A stretch of 64,000 bases of DNA from Blasia pusilla (lineage: Eukaryota). The stretch's first letter is position 1. Each line of letters opens with the position of its first letter. The notes under the pieces were generated by a model that saw nothing but the letters and a program-made list of their open reading frames with translations, was not told where the DNA came from and ran no database searches. Location: positions 48,236,001 to 48,300,000 of the forward strand of contig CM114271.1 in the NCBI GenBank assembly GCA_050084515.1, in the 5' to 3' direction. Below, piece after piece: positions 23,851-41,699 of this stretch. Position numbers and translations under genes: made by a program.

Positions 23851-26800
23851 ATGGATAATTATGTTAAGCTCACTTGTGGCAGTCATCTGGCGGCCCTTCC
23901 TCAATCAGAAATCATTCGACCCCAAGCTCGTGAGTCTTTCGAGCAAAGTGGATGAAAATTTTCTTTCATTCGATTTCTTCTTCAATTGGAACCATCTTTG
24001 TATCCAAAGATGTTAGGTGGAAGGTACGGAAGACATAATAGGTGAGACGGTCCAGCTAGTGACCTCGCACGCAAAGTATGGAATCTCCTACCGCCAAATG
24101 GTCAATACAGAGTTTACGGCCTGCCCCTGAATTCGTCTGTTTCCCAAGTAGACGGTCTAGAATTTCCTAGTGCTCCGAGCTCTACATTTGCAACTCCAAG
24201 CTCTGCAGATCCGGCTTCGACTCCAACTTGGCATACTCAGAACAATGTTGTTCTTCCCGAAGAGATTCCGGATGTTATCAACCTCGGCGGATCTCGCTTC
24301 GGACACCAATCGGGCCTTGTGTCCGCCTACTCGTTCCTCTTGCGAGTATCAGGCAATAGTTTGCTTTCGTCTCTGCCCTTCAAAATGTTCAAACATATTC
24401 TTGTCGACGAGCTGCCACCCACGTACGATGGTAACTGCATTTTTGAGTTGCCTCCACTTGCCGCTCTGCGCCAAAAGAAGGATGGAGGACGCTGAAGGGT
24501 ATGGACAGAAAGTATGATTGTCATCGATGGTGCATGCTTCAACGGACCAGTGCTTCCATCCCTAATGGTCCTTGGATTGTCTCCCGCTGCCAATGCGTGG
24601 GAGCCTTGGAGTGTAGAAGTCCAGCATGCCCGTATCTAGAGCGCAACGGGCGAGTCAATACGCCGTAATTCCCCCAAGAATGCAGAAACTCCATACGAGG
24701 TGGGTGCCACAATACCGCCGGGAGGCCATCGATGTCCTCATTGTCGCATCGCCCTTCGCGTTGGAGCGTGTCCTGCATACATATTTTTCATTGTCCATGA
24801 CTTGGGCTCCACGCCGAGTATACAAGGCCGGGCGATTCATGTTGGCTCCCACACTCATCCTGTGACCGATGCAATTCAAAGACACATCAAGGAGGATGTG
24901 GGAAGAAAGTAGCCGAGGTCTTTGAAACTCTCTCCGGGTTCAAAGCCCGGGTGATCAAGCTCACAACGGCATCACAAATTTGTGAACAATTGCTTGGAAT
25001 CCTCGGATGGGCGAGATCACGCAAGCGGTTGAGAAGAAACAACTCTGGGAAAATCTCGCATTTTCGCTGATCCCGAATGCTTCAGAATTTTTGCGCCGAT
25101 ACGAGTTCGGATGGAAAGACGACCGAAATGGATGCCATCGCCAGAATCAAGGCCAACTCTTGGTTTCCATTCATTCAGAGATGGCAGTTCATGGGCCAAG
25201 GAGGCGAGGGATCCATGGCCTATGTCTTCAAAATGTCAACCACAGGTCCGTCGAGTGGCCTCGATCTTATAGATCGAATGAGGGAAGGGGAAGATCTTTA
25301 CGGAGTGGGTCGGCTTTGATATTTGCTCAGAGTGTCTTTGAACGGATGGTTGACGATGGGTGCTCACGTTTATGACCATGTGGAGAAGGACTCAAAACTA
25401 TATTTGTGTGTGAAGTAAAAAGGCGTAAGATGTTGGCAGTTTGAAGATGTGCTGGTTACTCTTATTGGAGGTGGTGAAGGAAAACAAAAGGCCACCTCCG
25501 GAAATTTATGGGTTCATGGTGGACAATGCACAACCTGGGTGGATTGCTATCCGGGAAGTGTTCTAGGGTGGAGAGGTTCAACCTGAGAGGGAAAGGTCGG
25601 ATGCTTTCCATTGGCAACAGTCTGTGACCCAGTACACCAAATCTTGCATCAAGGAGAATAAGAGGACGGAGCATGTCACTCTACTCCAACGCTGCAAGGA
25701 CAACAAAACCTTGAAGCAGGCCATGGACTGCCAGGAAGAACTTCATGGGTGGTGGAGGAAGCATGCGATTGAGGGGAAGTACAAAGAGTTGTGCTCTTGG
25801 TTGAGTTGGTGGACTGTACGTATGAGACAATGGGGAAACTTCATGCGGCAGGTGAGTTCACTATTTTGTCTTGTCAAGCTCACGCTGAGAATTGTTTGTA
25901 AAGTTGTAGCTCAGGGTGAGAAGCGTGGGAATTATATGGATTTCAACCCCAAGAGACCAAGCAAGCTGTCGAGTGCGACGGGTTGCCTGAGTGTGCAACC
26001 CGACGGAAACCGACGGGTTGCCCGAGTGTGCAACTCGACGGAAACCGACGGGTTGCCCGAGTGTGCAACCCGACGGAAACCGACGGGTTGCCCAAGGGTG
26101 CAACCCGACGGAAACCGACGGGTTGCATCCACATGTTTGGTGTCGTCCCGGGTGTGCAACCATTCGGGACCCGACGGGTCACACAGTCGTTCATGGGATG
26201 CCTCGGCATTGCAACCCGTCGGGTTCCGATGGGTTGCAGTAGGTGGGTTTAAGGTTACAACACGTCGGGACCCGACGGGTCGCAGAGTCGTTCATGGGAT
26301 GCCTCGGGCCTGCAACCCGTCTGGTTCCAACAGGTCGCTTATTTCTTTGATTCCTGGGTTATTTTCGTTTCCCTTCTAACATTGCCGTTCGTTGCGTGGA
26401 TTGAACGTTCATGAAAATGCCTTTCGCCCCAACACAAGTGGAGCGAAAGTGTTCATTCCTCTTGAGGTCGTCACAAGCATGCCAACGAATTTCACTTGTG
26501 GAGGCATGCCAAAAGACCAGGCAAGAGCAATGCTGATCTGCATAAAGATCCCATATCTTTCTCACAAAAGGCATAACAAAAGGAAAAGGGCCGTCGATCT
26601 ACGAGCTCTATGTCGTATGGGCCGTGTGAGATCTAGTGATGAAAATTGTATGTAAAGCCTTCAACCGGTGCGTAGTGGAACTCCACTCGAGCAAGACGTA
26701 CACATTGGTGGGGATATTCGTGGCGGGTTTCAAGACGTCCCATACAGATCTTTGGTAGAGCGATCCGAACGAGACTCGTGGAGACCAGATAAGTATCTTG

Positions 26801-27892
26801 ACTTGAGGCAAGTGAAGAGGCAAAGATCGAGAACGAATCCGGTGATTGATTTGGATGAGGAAATTACACCGCCCAGGTATTCGGGGACCCTGGACCCGTC
26901 CCAAATCCGTGATGGAGTTACTTCTCGAAAATCAGTGAATGTTTTATTTCAAAAGCCCTCCGTTATCGGAAGTTCGCAACATCCCGCCACTGGGGTGGTT
27001 CAACAATATGGGATTCGGTAATGGAGGTGGATTGCAACCTAAAACGGTGGCATATATCTCGGAGCAACCCAGGACGTGGACCCATCTGGCAGGCGGGATC
27101 GATGGCATTAGGAGAGCATGCGGCACTTTCCTAAATAAGAACTATACAAGGATCGGCGACACTCGCCTGGGTTTTGGGGACTCAAAACCTTTGATCGTTT
27201 CACGAGGACCGAGGGATCAATTGAAGTACTTCTTCTGCCCAAATGAATCTTGCGCTTTCCGGAAGTCTTATCCACTGCCATTGAGCTCCCGAATACCCCA
27301 CGATTTGGCCCATCGCCGTGAGGGGCACCGAGCGCACTCAAGACGGTGGACAATCTTACAAGTGCCGGTTTCAGACTCATAGACGGGAAGTTCGGAGCAT
27401 GTTCGCGATTCATGAGAGACCTTTGCATTTTGTATTCAACCCAAGATTGATGTCAACATGTACCCGGAGAAGGTGGATGATCTCAATCCATTATTTCTGT
27501 TTGATTCTAGAAATGGGGTGAAGAGAAACAGAATGTGTAGGCCAACGGTGGAGAGAGCAAAACGAATTGCAGCAGCTCGGGAGGCAAAAATGGAGATCAT
27601 TGCCACGAAAGATGTCCTGAGTGGCAATGGAATAGGAAGGATGTATTGGGTCAAGAACAACACTGTAAATGCAAGTGTCACAGGGGTGTATGTGGTGCAC
27701 ATCTGTTGCTTTCCCACATGTTCATGTGATGACTTTGTCCAAAGAGAGACAAGTGGCAAAAGGTATTTCCCTTGTAAGCACATGTACTATCTATTGCTGG
27801 TAGTCTTAAGAGAGTCGGAGGTAGGAGTAGGAATCCACCAACCAATTCTGTCCCTCAAAGAAGTTCGAAGTATTTTAAACAAACCACTTTGA
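23851..27892 (+). pseudogene. MULE-type DDE transposase with a C-terminal SWIM zinc finger (frameshifted)
   Basis: Cys/His-rich N-terminus (RCPHC...HVGSHTHPV). Candidate catalytic motifs WVGFD (about 25305-25320), GFMVDNA (about 25510-25530), DAFHWQQS (about 25600-25623) and TNSLVEA (about 26485-26510, frameshifted). SWIM motif CSC...PCKHMYY (about 27718-27790). Intron donor GTGAGT at 25852. Start codon uncertain. Confidence 0.8.
25975..26130. repeat. 35-bp tandem repeat (x4) of a palindrome variant in the transposase intron
   Basis: GCAACCCGACGGAAACCGACGGGTTGC (one copy with a substitution) starts at 25995, 26030, 26065 and 26100. Confidence 0.92.
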
Positions 27893-28891
27893 GGATGCAA
27901 AATGAGGTTTTAGATTGTACTTTTATTTTTTTCTCAACCTTCACTGTGAGCTTGAACTCTATTCAGCCCGAGGCAAATGATAGATTTTTTCCAGACCTTG
28001 GATGGAAAAAAGTGATTGGTTCCACACTTATGATTCCACTAATTTCTCAGTTTTGTAAATTTTGTGCAATTTGCAACTCGTCGGACTCACAGGGGTTGCC
28101 AAAATATGGAAGAGGAAAAAAAAACTGTGGGATTGTTTAATAAATGAACAAAAAAGTGCAAAAAAATTCACAAAAAAAGTTTCCTCTCTTCAACCCAACG
28201 GAAACTCTCTTCAAAAAAAAGTATCTATTTCGGTTGAAGGTAGTTTCCTCTCTCCTCTCTCCTCTCTCCTCTCTTCCTCTCTCCTCTCTCCTCTCTCCTC
28301 TCTTCCTCTCTTCCTCTCCTCTTACCGCACCTCTACCTTTACATTCTTCCCATGCTTGCTTCTTCTCAAGCTGGTTTGAGCCCTGCCCTCAGTTCACACC
28401 TCCACTCAGCTCCACCTGCACAAATCACTCCTTGGATCCTCTCAACTCCATAAATCCCTCCCTTGGATTCTCAAGCTTTCTGGCCTTCAAATGAGGTCCT
28501 CTAGGATTCCATGAGTAAGCTTCTGGCCCACAAGAGTTCAAGCATTCAATCTCAATCCTCGTTGAGTACCCTATGCTCCTTATTACTTGCTGAAAACTCT
28601 TGTGGATGACCTCCATAGTGTAGAGCATCTCAAGGCAAAGCCATACCATCAATCAGATCTAGATTTGGCCAACTAGTGCTCTAGGTAGCAGCCCTCGAAT
28701 AGCCTGCCCTCCTGTTTTCCAAAAATCCAGACTCCTTGCCTTTCTAATCTACCTTGAGAATTCTAGCCCAGCATCCAATGTCTTGATTTGACTGTATCAG
28801 CTTGAAGAGCATCCAAAGACCTTTCCAACGAGCCCTTTAAATCACCAAACGGATCAGCCATGCTCCAACTGTGAACACCTGATTCTCCCCT

Positions 28892-29350
28892 CTATATTAG
28901 CCACCATAGCTTCGAGCTCTGATAAGGTCCAAGACAGCGAATGTGCAGCTTTCCCGGAACATTTTGGTGTCGACTGTCATACGTCAGCCCCAGGTTCCCA
29001 TCCTTCACTGGGTCATGCTTGATTCGGTTATCAAACCTCATCTTCCTTTGTTGCTGGACTGCCTTGATCTTCTCCAAATGCTCCCTCTCTCTCCTCCTCT
29101 AGTGCATAAATCATATCCAATCTGCTGTCCATGCCACCTTCACGTTGGAAGTGCTCTTCTAGAGTATGATCAGCCTTCAACTCCAACTCTACTACCGAGA
29201 GTGGGTTCTGCCCATACACCAAGAAGTAGGGACTTTTCCCTGTTGTACTCTTCTCAACTGTGTTGTAAGCATGAACAACTGAAGCTAATTTCCTATCCCA
29301 ATCTGATTTGTGAGCTGCCACCATCTTGGTCAAAATAGCACCAATGATCC
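28892..29350 (-). pseudogene. Gypsy integrase C-terminal fragment
   Basis: ILTKMV...DWDRKLASVVHAYNT...TTGKSPYFLVYG, and PGKLHIRCLGPY. Confidence 0.8.
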
Positions 29351-31276
29351 CATTTAAATTACACATTTAAATTTGTTCTAGCCCCTTCTACTCACCTAAC
29401 TAGAGTCCCAAAAGTATCTAACACACATGGGAGCCACTTATGAAGGGGCGCACAGAAACTACAGGGGTATTACATTTATGAGTGAAGTTGAGAAACTCCT
29501 CTGCCGCATACTCAACAATAGGATCTCTATGTAGCTAGAGGAGAATTCTGTCATCAAGGAAGGCTAGGCTGGCTTTTGGCAAGCCCGAGGATGCATGGAT
29601 CACATCTTCACCTTCAATCAGATTATCCAGGGTAGGAAAAAAGAGGGGAAACCCACCTATTGCTTCTTCTTGGACCTCAAGAAGGCATACAACACTGTAT
29701 GGCGTGACGGGCTATCTTATAGCTTGTGGAAGGCGGGGCTGAGAGGGAAAATGTGGAGGGTGGTGGAGAAGATGTACCAAAACACAAGGAGTAGAATTCT
29801 GGTGAATGGCCAAAAGAGTGGGACATTTGACATCAAGCAAGGAGTGGCTCAAGGATGCCCGCTCTCCCCCACTCTCTTCAACATTTTTGTGAAGAGAGTC
29901 TCTCCTATTGGCCTCGAGGAAATAGGAGAGAAACTCCAAGATATGATCTCCTTAACCAAAATTTGGTGTGACATGTGGGGCATGGAGGCAAATGTACTAA
30001 AGTGCGGTGTGATGATTTTCAATGGCAAGGAGGAGGACCAAGACCAACAGTGGTACTCGGGTGACCAAGAGATCCCCCGTGTGGCTACATACACCTATCT
30101 GGGCATAGTATTCTAGGAAGATTGCATGTGGGATGCACATATTAAGAAGACTACTGAGAAAGGCCACAAGAAGGTGAACGGTCTGTTTAGATTCCTATAG
30201 TGCCAGGATATCACATCAGAAGTAAAGCGCTCTGTCATTTTGCATACCATTTGTCCCTCGCTGGAATACGGGGCAGCAGTGTGGGATGCCAACACTAAAC
30301 AAAGGGATAGGCTTGAAGTTGTGCAACTGAAGGCGTTTTGGGGTATGATGTCAACCTCATCACGAACAGCCCGAGTTGGTGTGAGATCAGAACTAGGTGT
30401 GGAACCCTTGGAAGATAGACGTGACATTGCCAAGTTGAAATGGCGCAGGCAGCTGGAGACAATGGACTCCCATCGCTATCCTAAAGAGGTCATGGGAAAA
30501 ACCTGGACCCAAAGAAGACCCGTAAAGCAGGCCAAATATTGGACGAAAAAGGTTCAAGAGATTGTGCAAGCTTCCAAGCTCCCAGTAGGGCCTGAATTGT
30601 GGGAGCAAGATGAGAAAGCATTCGTGAATACCATAACCAAAGCAGTGGGCAAACGCTCATAGCATAACAGCATGGAGGAAGCCATGAAAATGTCTGACCT
30701 CTCTCTCTTGACGGTATATCCCGAGAAGGCAGAACTGAAGAACTATTTGTGGGGAAACCCTTGCTTGGGAACCCGGCTCAAGTTCAAGTTCAGAACGGGA
30801 GCAATCCCCTTGAACCATAAGAAAAGTAAGATGGGAGCACAACTAAACTCTTGCGCCGTGTGTGACGATGGGGATGAAACCTCTAGTCATTACTTGGTCT
30901 CCTCCGCAAAATTCACAAAACACAGAACAAGAGCATATGTTGATATTGCTAAGTTGGTAGCACCAGAATTGTTCAACATATTCATTACCCTTGATTCATT
31001 GCCCAAAGTTGCTACACTGGTAAGTAATGTCTATTGGGGATCCCAATTAGGTAAAGTAGATGGTGTGGTGAAGAGTTTCTTGGTTGACACTTGGAAGCTC
31101 CGCACAAACACGTTGTTTGGTCAGCATTCATATGATATGAGAGTGTCTCCCTCCTCTCATATGGTATCTTCTTCATTTGCTTCTCTCTCTACACCCATCC
31201 CAGTCTCAAGCACCGTCCAACCAGGGTGCGGGGTCTATGGTCACAAGGCTACGACAGACACTACTTAATGAGTACA

Positions 31277-36328
<5,052 letters not shown>

Positions 36329-36947
36329 TTCATTGATCATTAGTTTATAATGCAAACATGTGGTTTCACAATAATAGATTCCATTTGCTTCAATTGAGAA
36401 GTCCATTCTCCTTCTTGTGACAAAACAAATACAAGAGGAAGTGTGTCACTAATCTGGCCTCTTTAAAAAAAACATAAAAGCTTACCTAACTAAACTAAAA
36501 CGAGTTGAAATATTGAGCTTAGCATAGTTGTGTTTAGTACCATTGTATAACTATGATTGGTACTCATACTACTCCTAATAACTAGATGTAGTCCTCATAA
36601 TTCAACTACAAAATCCAACATGGATCTATTTAGTTATAAATAGGGAACTATCCTAGCAACTATTGTTAGTTGCAATAGAAAACTACAATGTACACATGGC
36701 AATCGTTGATTTTCAAAATCAAGCCGCTTACAACTACCACAACTATGACGAGTACATGGACGATATGCCACCTCATCTCCACCTAGTTTCCATATCATCA
36801 TGAAGTATATAATGAGAGGGAAGTTCATAGTTTTCAATATCCACAAGAACTACTCAAATATATTCCATGTCATGTCCCATGTCATCATGCCACATCACCA
36901 TTCTTACAACTAAGATCCCTTATAAGGTGCCCTTTGAGACCATTTGT

Positions 36948-39900
36948 CTATCTAGTTGTATTAGTCATATGAGAGATTGGCTTACAAGTCGTCATACTAT
37001 ATTTTGAAAGCGTGTGAAGAGCATATTCTCGTTGTAATAACCATATGTTCTCTCCAACCTTGATAAACTCAACAGCATGGAAGTACTTGAGTTCTCCCAA
37101 GTCCTTCATATCAAATTCTGCTTGTAACTTTAGCTTGACTTGTTGTACCATATCCTCAGTACTCCCAATAATCAAGAGGTTGTCAACATACAACACAATT
37201 AATAACCGTATGATCTTGTCCTCTCAAAACATATAAGGAGGAGTCACAATCACATACTCCAAAGCCCAACTCTTATGGGATGTATCTAATCTTGCCATAC
37301 CAAGCTTTTGGAGCTTGTTTGAGCCCGTATAGAGCTTTCTCCAACTTGCATATATGAAATGGAAACTTAGGATGCTCATATCCAAGTGGTTGAGTCATAT
37401 AAACCTCCTCATATAGATCTCCATTCAAGAAGGCATTCTTGACGTCCATGTGATATAATCTCCATTTCTTACTTACTATAACTGCAACCACTGTTCTAGT
37501 AGTCGCCATCTTTGCAACATGGCTAAGTGTTTCCTCATAATTGATGCCATATTATTTTGCATAGCCCTTAGCCACCAATGTGGCTTTGTATCTGTTAACT
37601 ATATCATCTTGATTGCGTTTGATTTTGTAAACCCATTTGTAACCAATAGCTTCCTTACCAGAAGGTATATTAACCAACTCCCAAGTTTGTTGATGTCTTA
37701 ATGGAGCAAGGTGTTCCTCCATAGCTATAATCCAACCAACCTTACTTGCAGCTTCTTCAAAATAACTTGGCTCCTGTTCTTGAAGGGTAGTCATCATATA
37801 TGCATCATGTATCACAAAGAATCCTTCATTTATGAATCTATGGACAAGATATGTGACTCTACTTCACCTATGAAGTTTTTGTTCGGAGGTAGATACCTGT
37901 GATACTTGACTCAAGTTCACTTGACTAGTGTCTGCAGACTTAATATGTACTCTTCACGTCTATGGACTCATATATTTGACTGAAAAATGTAGGACCTCTC
38001 CTAATCCTGCACTAGTACTTTGGGAATTCATAGGCAATGTCTGTTGGTTGATAATCATATTCTCCCCCTCAATAGACAAGTTTAGAGGTGGAACAGGCTC
38101 ACATGGAGCATACCATGACTTTAGCTCATCAAAGACAACATCATGACTCATAATAAGCTGCATAGATAATGGAATGTAGCAATTATACCCCTTAGTTCCA
38201 TCAGCGTAGCCAATGAAGATACATTTTTCAAACTTGGGGTCTAATTTTTGACATCTTTTATAAGGAACATGAGCATAACAAATACAACCAAATACTTTCA
38301 AGAAGGAAAATTTAGGCTTACCTCCTGTGAAGACTTCAAATGGAGTCTTATCATGAACTCTTTTTGTTGGAGTTAGGTAGATTAAGAAGAGTGGATACGC
38401 TATAACCTCTGCCCAATACATCTTAGGCATGTTCTTCTCATTCAGCATAGCTCGTGTCGCCTCAGAAATATGTCATTTCTTCTTCTCATCCACTCCATTT
38501 TTTGTGGAGTGTAACAGCAAGTCACTTGATGTTGGATGCAATTATGACGTAAGAAGTCATCAAACTCTATTGAAAGATACCCTACTCCTCCATCATAACG
38601 CAATTTTAGAATATGTTCTTCAATCTACTTCTCTACTATAACTCTGAATGTTTGGAATACAAAGAATACCTCTAACTTGGCTTTGAGAAAATATACTCAT
38701 GTATACCTAAAGAAGTCATCAATAAATGAAACAAAGTACTGGAAACCACTAAGACTATGTCGTGATATTGTCCACACATCACTGTGAATCAACTCCAATA
38801 TCTTGGATGCTCTTCTACCTTGATTTGGAAATGGAAATCTAGCTTGTTTTCAAATTGGCAAGCAAGACATACCTCTAACGTAGTAGGACTTACTAACTTA
38901 GGAAGTCCTATTATTAGATTAGACGATGAAAGACTTTGTAATCTTTGAAGATTCATATGTTCAATTCTCTTATGCCACACATTTAGATCTCTGACTTGTT
39001 GGCAAGTTTGACCATACTTTTCTCTTTGAATCTTTGACATAGAAACATCTAATTTGAACATTCTGCCACATCTAGTTCTTTTGGCTATCGTAGTCTAGTC
39101 ATCCATTGTTTCAATGAAATAACCATCTGTGTTAAACTTCACTTGATAACCCTGTTCTACTATCTGTCCAACAGAAATCAACTTTCTTGCAATGGTAGGA
39201 ACATAGAGAATATTTCCAAGAGCACAAAGACCATCTGATGTTATTGGAACTTTATCGGTATGCGTGACAAGATGTCGAGTGTAATCTCTTGTGAGCACAA
39301 TTATACGATCTTTCACCAGCTCCATACTATTGAACCATTTAGCTTGTGAGGTCATGTGATTTGATGCACTGGAGTCAATGTACCAATCTGTTGTTGAGTC
39401 TTTCTTGACCATTGCTCACATATGATGAGTCATGACCAAGACGTGCTCAGTTTGTAAATGTTGTTGTTCTAAATACTTCCCTTTGTATTGTTGCTCCACA
39501 TAGTTTTGTTGTTATAAGGCTAATGTTCTCATATCTTCCTTCTTCTTGAAGAAAAACTTTGCATAGTGACCATTTATCCCACAATAATCGCAAGATCCTG
39601 GGACCCTCTGTTGCTGACCTCGACCCCAATCATTTTCAGCATCACCACCTTTTGATTGTGTCTGGTACTGATTCCTAGTTGATTGAGTGACATTATATTG
39701 AGTACCCCTTCCTCCATATGCTTGATGTCCACCACGACCACAGAAGCTTCTACCACGATCTTTGCCTCTATTTGATCCATGATCTACAAGTAGCGCACTC
39801 TCTTGCATACTAGACGAGCTACCGCTGTCTACTAAGCACATCTCTTCATTGATTAACAATGGGACTAACTCTTGAAAGGTTGGATATTTCTCTTTCACAG

Positions 39901-41232
39901 AGATAGAGGTCTCAAAGTATTTGTAAGCCTTTGGAAGGCCTTGAAGAGTGAACAAAATCAGATCATCATCTTCTACTGTCACTCCAATGCTATTCAAATG
40001 ATCAAAAATATGTCTGATAATCAAAATATAATCATTGATGCTCTGCGATCCTTTCCTCACTTCGTTCAATTGTTATTTCAATTGAAGCTTTTTGGCCTTT
40101 GCAGATGTCCGGAATAGTTTTTCCAATGCATCCCAAGTCTCCTTCGGAATATCAACATCTTGAATGTGACCTATCATTGGTGAACTGATCATTATTGAAA
40201 TATAGTGGATTACTTGCCCTGCGCGTTTGTCCCAAGCGCGATCATTCAAGTCTGTTGAGTCACCTTCTGGTTTGGCCTCATCACCTATAAAAAGCTCCCA
40301 TAGTTCTTGACCCATTAAAAATTCTTTCATGAGAAACTTCCAGACATTGTAATTTTGCTTCTTTAGCTTCTCCCTTGTGATTGTTGTTGAGGAATACTCC
40401 ATGACGAACGATTTTATTCACAAAAATGTAATTTCAAGCTCTCCATTATTCCAATTGAAGCATAGACCACTCCTAAACAGAAATCGTTTTGAAATTTTCC
40501 AAAATTGACCAAAGTATGAAAGAACTAGTTGAAATTGACATGTAGGGAGCAAAGTGCACAACTTTTTTTCACTAATTGCACTTTCCTACACTGAAATTGC
40601 TAATACAGGAGATCGCAATATCAAGATCCAACGATTTTGGATGCATTGGAAAGCTCTCAACAAGCTCTAAAAAATAATTAGAACAAGCCTTTGGGGTCTT
40701 TCTCACTAATATGGAACCAGATGCGTTAATCGATCGGAAAAGCCTTAAAAAATCCCTCCAAAGTTTAATCATCGTCACAACTCCATTTTAAATCTGTATC
40801 CACTGAGTTCTGAACAAAATATCCTTCTTCCAAACTGAAATTGTGCCTTCTCTTGCCTCTCTTCTCTCCTCAAACATCAAGAAATTCAATTGATGTTCTC
40901 CTATCGCTCCGATATCACGTAGAAAATTGCTAAAGAAGCATAATTGGTGGAAAACCGCTCTCACACTCACACACCACCATGGATAATGAAATTTTGCAAT
41001 AAGATAATGAGTGGAGGTTGATCCCCTTCTCAATTATATAGGGTATGTACAAGCAACCCTAACCCTAATCTTAACCATAGTCTCGAGTTAGACCAATTCT
41101 GATTAACTAACCGTAGTTAAGATAATCGCGCTTAAGTGACTAACCAAGATTAAGCTTCCCTACTTCATGTGAGTACCAAATGTAGCAGTTCGGATGTGTG
41201 ATAAGCTTAACTGTAACTCAATCTTCAATACA
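36948..41232 (-). mobile_element. Degenerate Ty1/Copia LTR retrotransposon, 3'-truncated in RT
   Basis: Copia order gag-PR-IN-RT: gag (NYNVWKFLM, zinc knuckle CDYCGINGH), protease WYIDSSASNHMT, integrase (KVFGCICYAHVP, KCIFIGY), RT ([24 protein letters not shown]). The 5' LTR start TGTATTG at 41232 is tentative. Confidence 0.9.
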
Positions 41233-41274
41233 TCCTTGCAAGATATTAAGGAATCTTTGGGTGTAGCAAGAGCA

Positions 41275-41699
41275 TCCCCGAGTTGGGAAACTGTGAACAA
41301 GGTATACTTTCAAGTGCTTTCTTATCCAGTCTTCCATTTTCTTATAGCTTTGCCACATGATTAACATGAACTTTATATTCTCCAAAAATATGTTCTTAGA
41401 GGTTTTCTTATAGCTTGTTGATTGATCTTATAGCTTTGGCATATCTAAATTTAGTATGAAATCGGGATTTTCCAACAAACCACTGAAGTAAGAGTAGATG
41501 CATGTTATTTACAGTAGTGTGGATAACATGCATCTAAACCCTATAAGATCAATCAACAAGCTATAAGAAAACCTCTAAGAACATATTTTCGGAGAATATA
41601 AAGTTCATGTTAATCATGTGGCAAAGCTATTAGAAAATGGAAGACCGGATAAGAAAGCACTTGAAAGTATACCTTGTTCACAGTTTCCCAACTCGGGGA
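41275..41699. repeat. Long near-perfect inverted repeat (about 159-bp arms)
   Basis: Arms 41275-41433 and 41541-41699, with about 3 mismatches by eye. An inner IR, TAGATGCATGTTAT/ATAACATGCATCTA, lies in the loop. Confidence 0.95.

Larger units (their letters stand above)
15697..28333. mobile_element. Full-length non-TIR Mutator-like DNA transposon (copy 2) with a transposase and a ParB-MTase-like cargo gene
   Basis: 9-bp TSD TACCTTTAC at 15688-15696 and 28334-28342. The left end matches the copy 1 end at 7432. The right end (reverse complement GAGGTGCGGTAAGAGGAGAG) matches the fragment start at 46840 (GAGGAGCGATAAGAGGAGAG). Confidence 0.9.
14222..29454. mobile_element. LTR-derived insertion (about 2.6 kb without the nested MULE; solo-LTR-like or deleted Gypsy derivative)
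   Basis: Begins TG (14222) and ends CA (29454). Flanked by GAAAG (14217-14221) and GAAAC (29455-29459), a 5-bp TSD with one mismatch. Precisely interrupts LINE ORF2. Confidence 0.75.
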
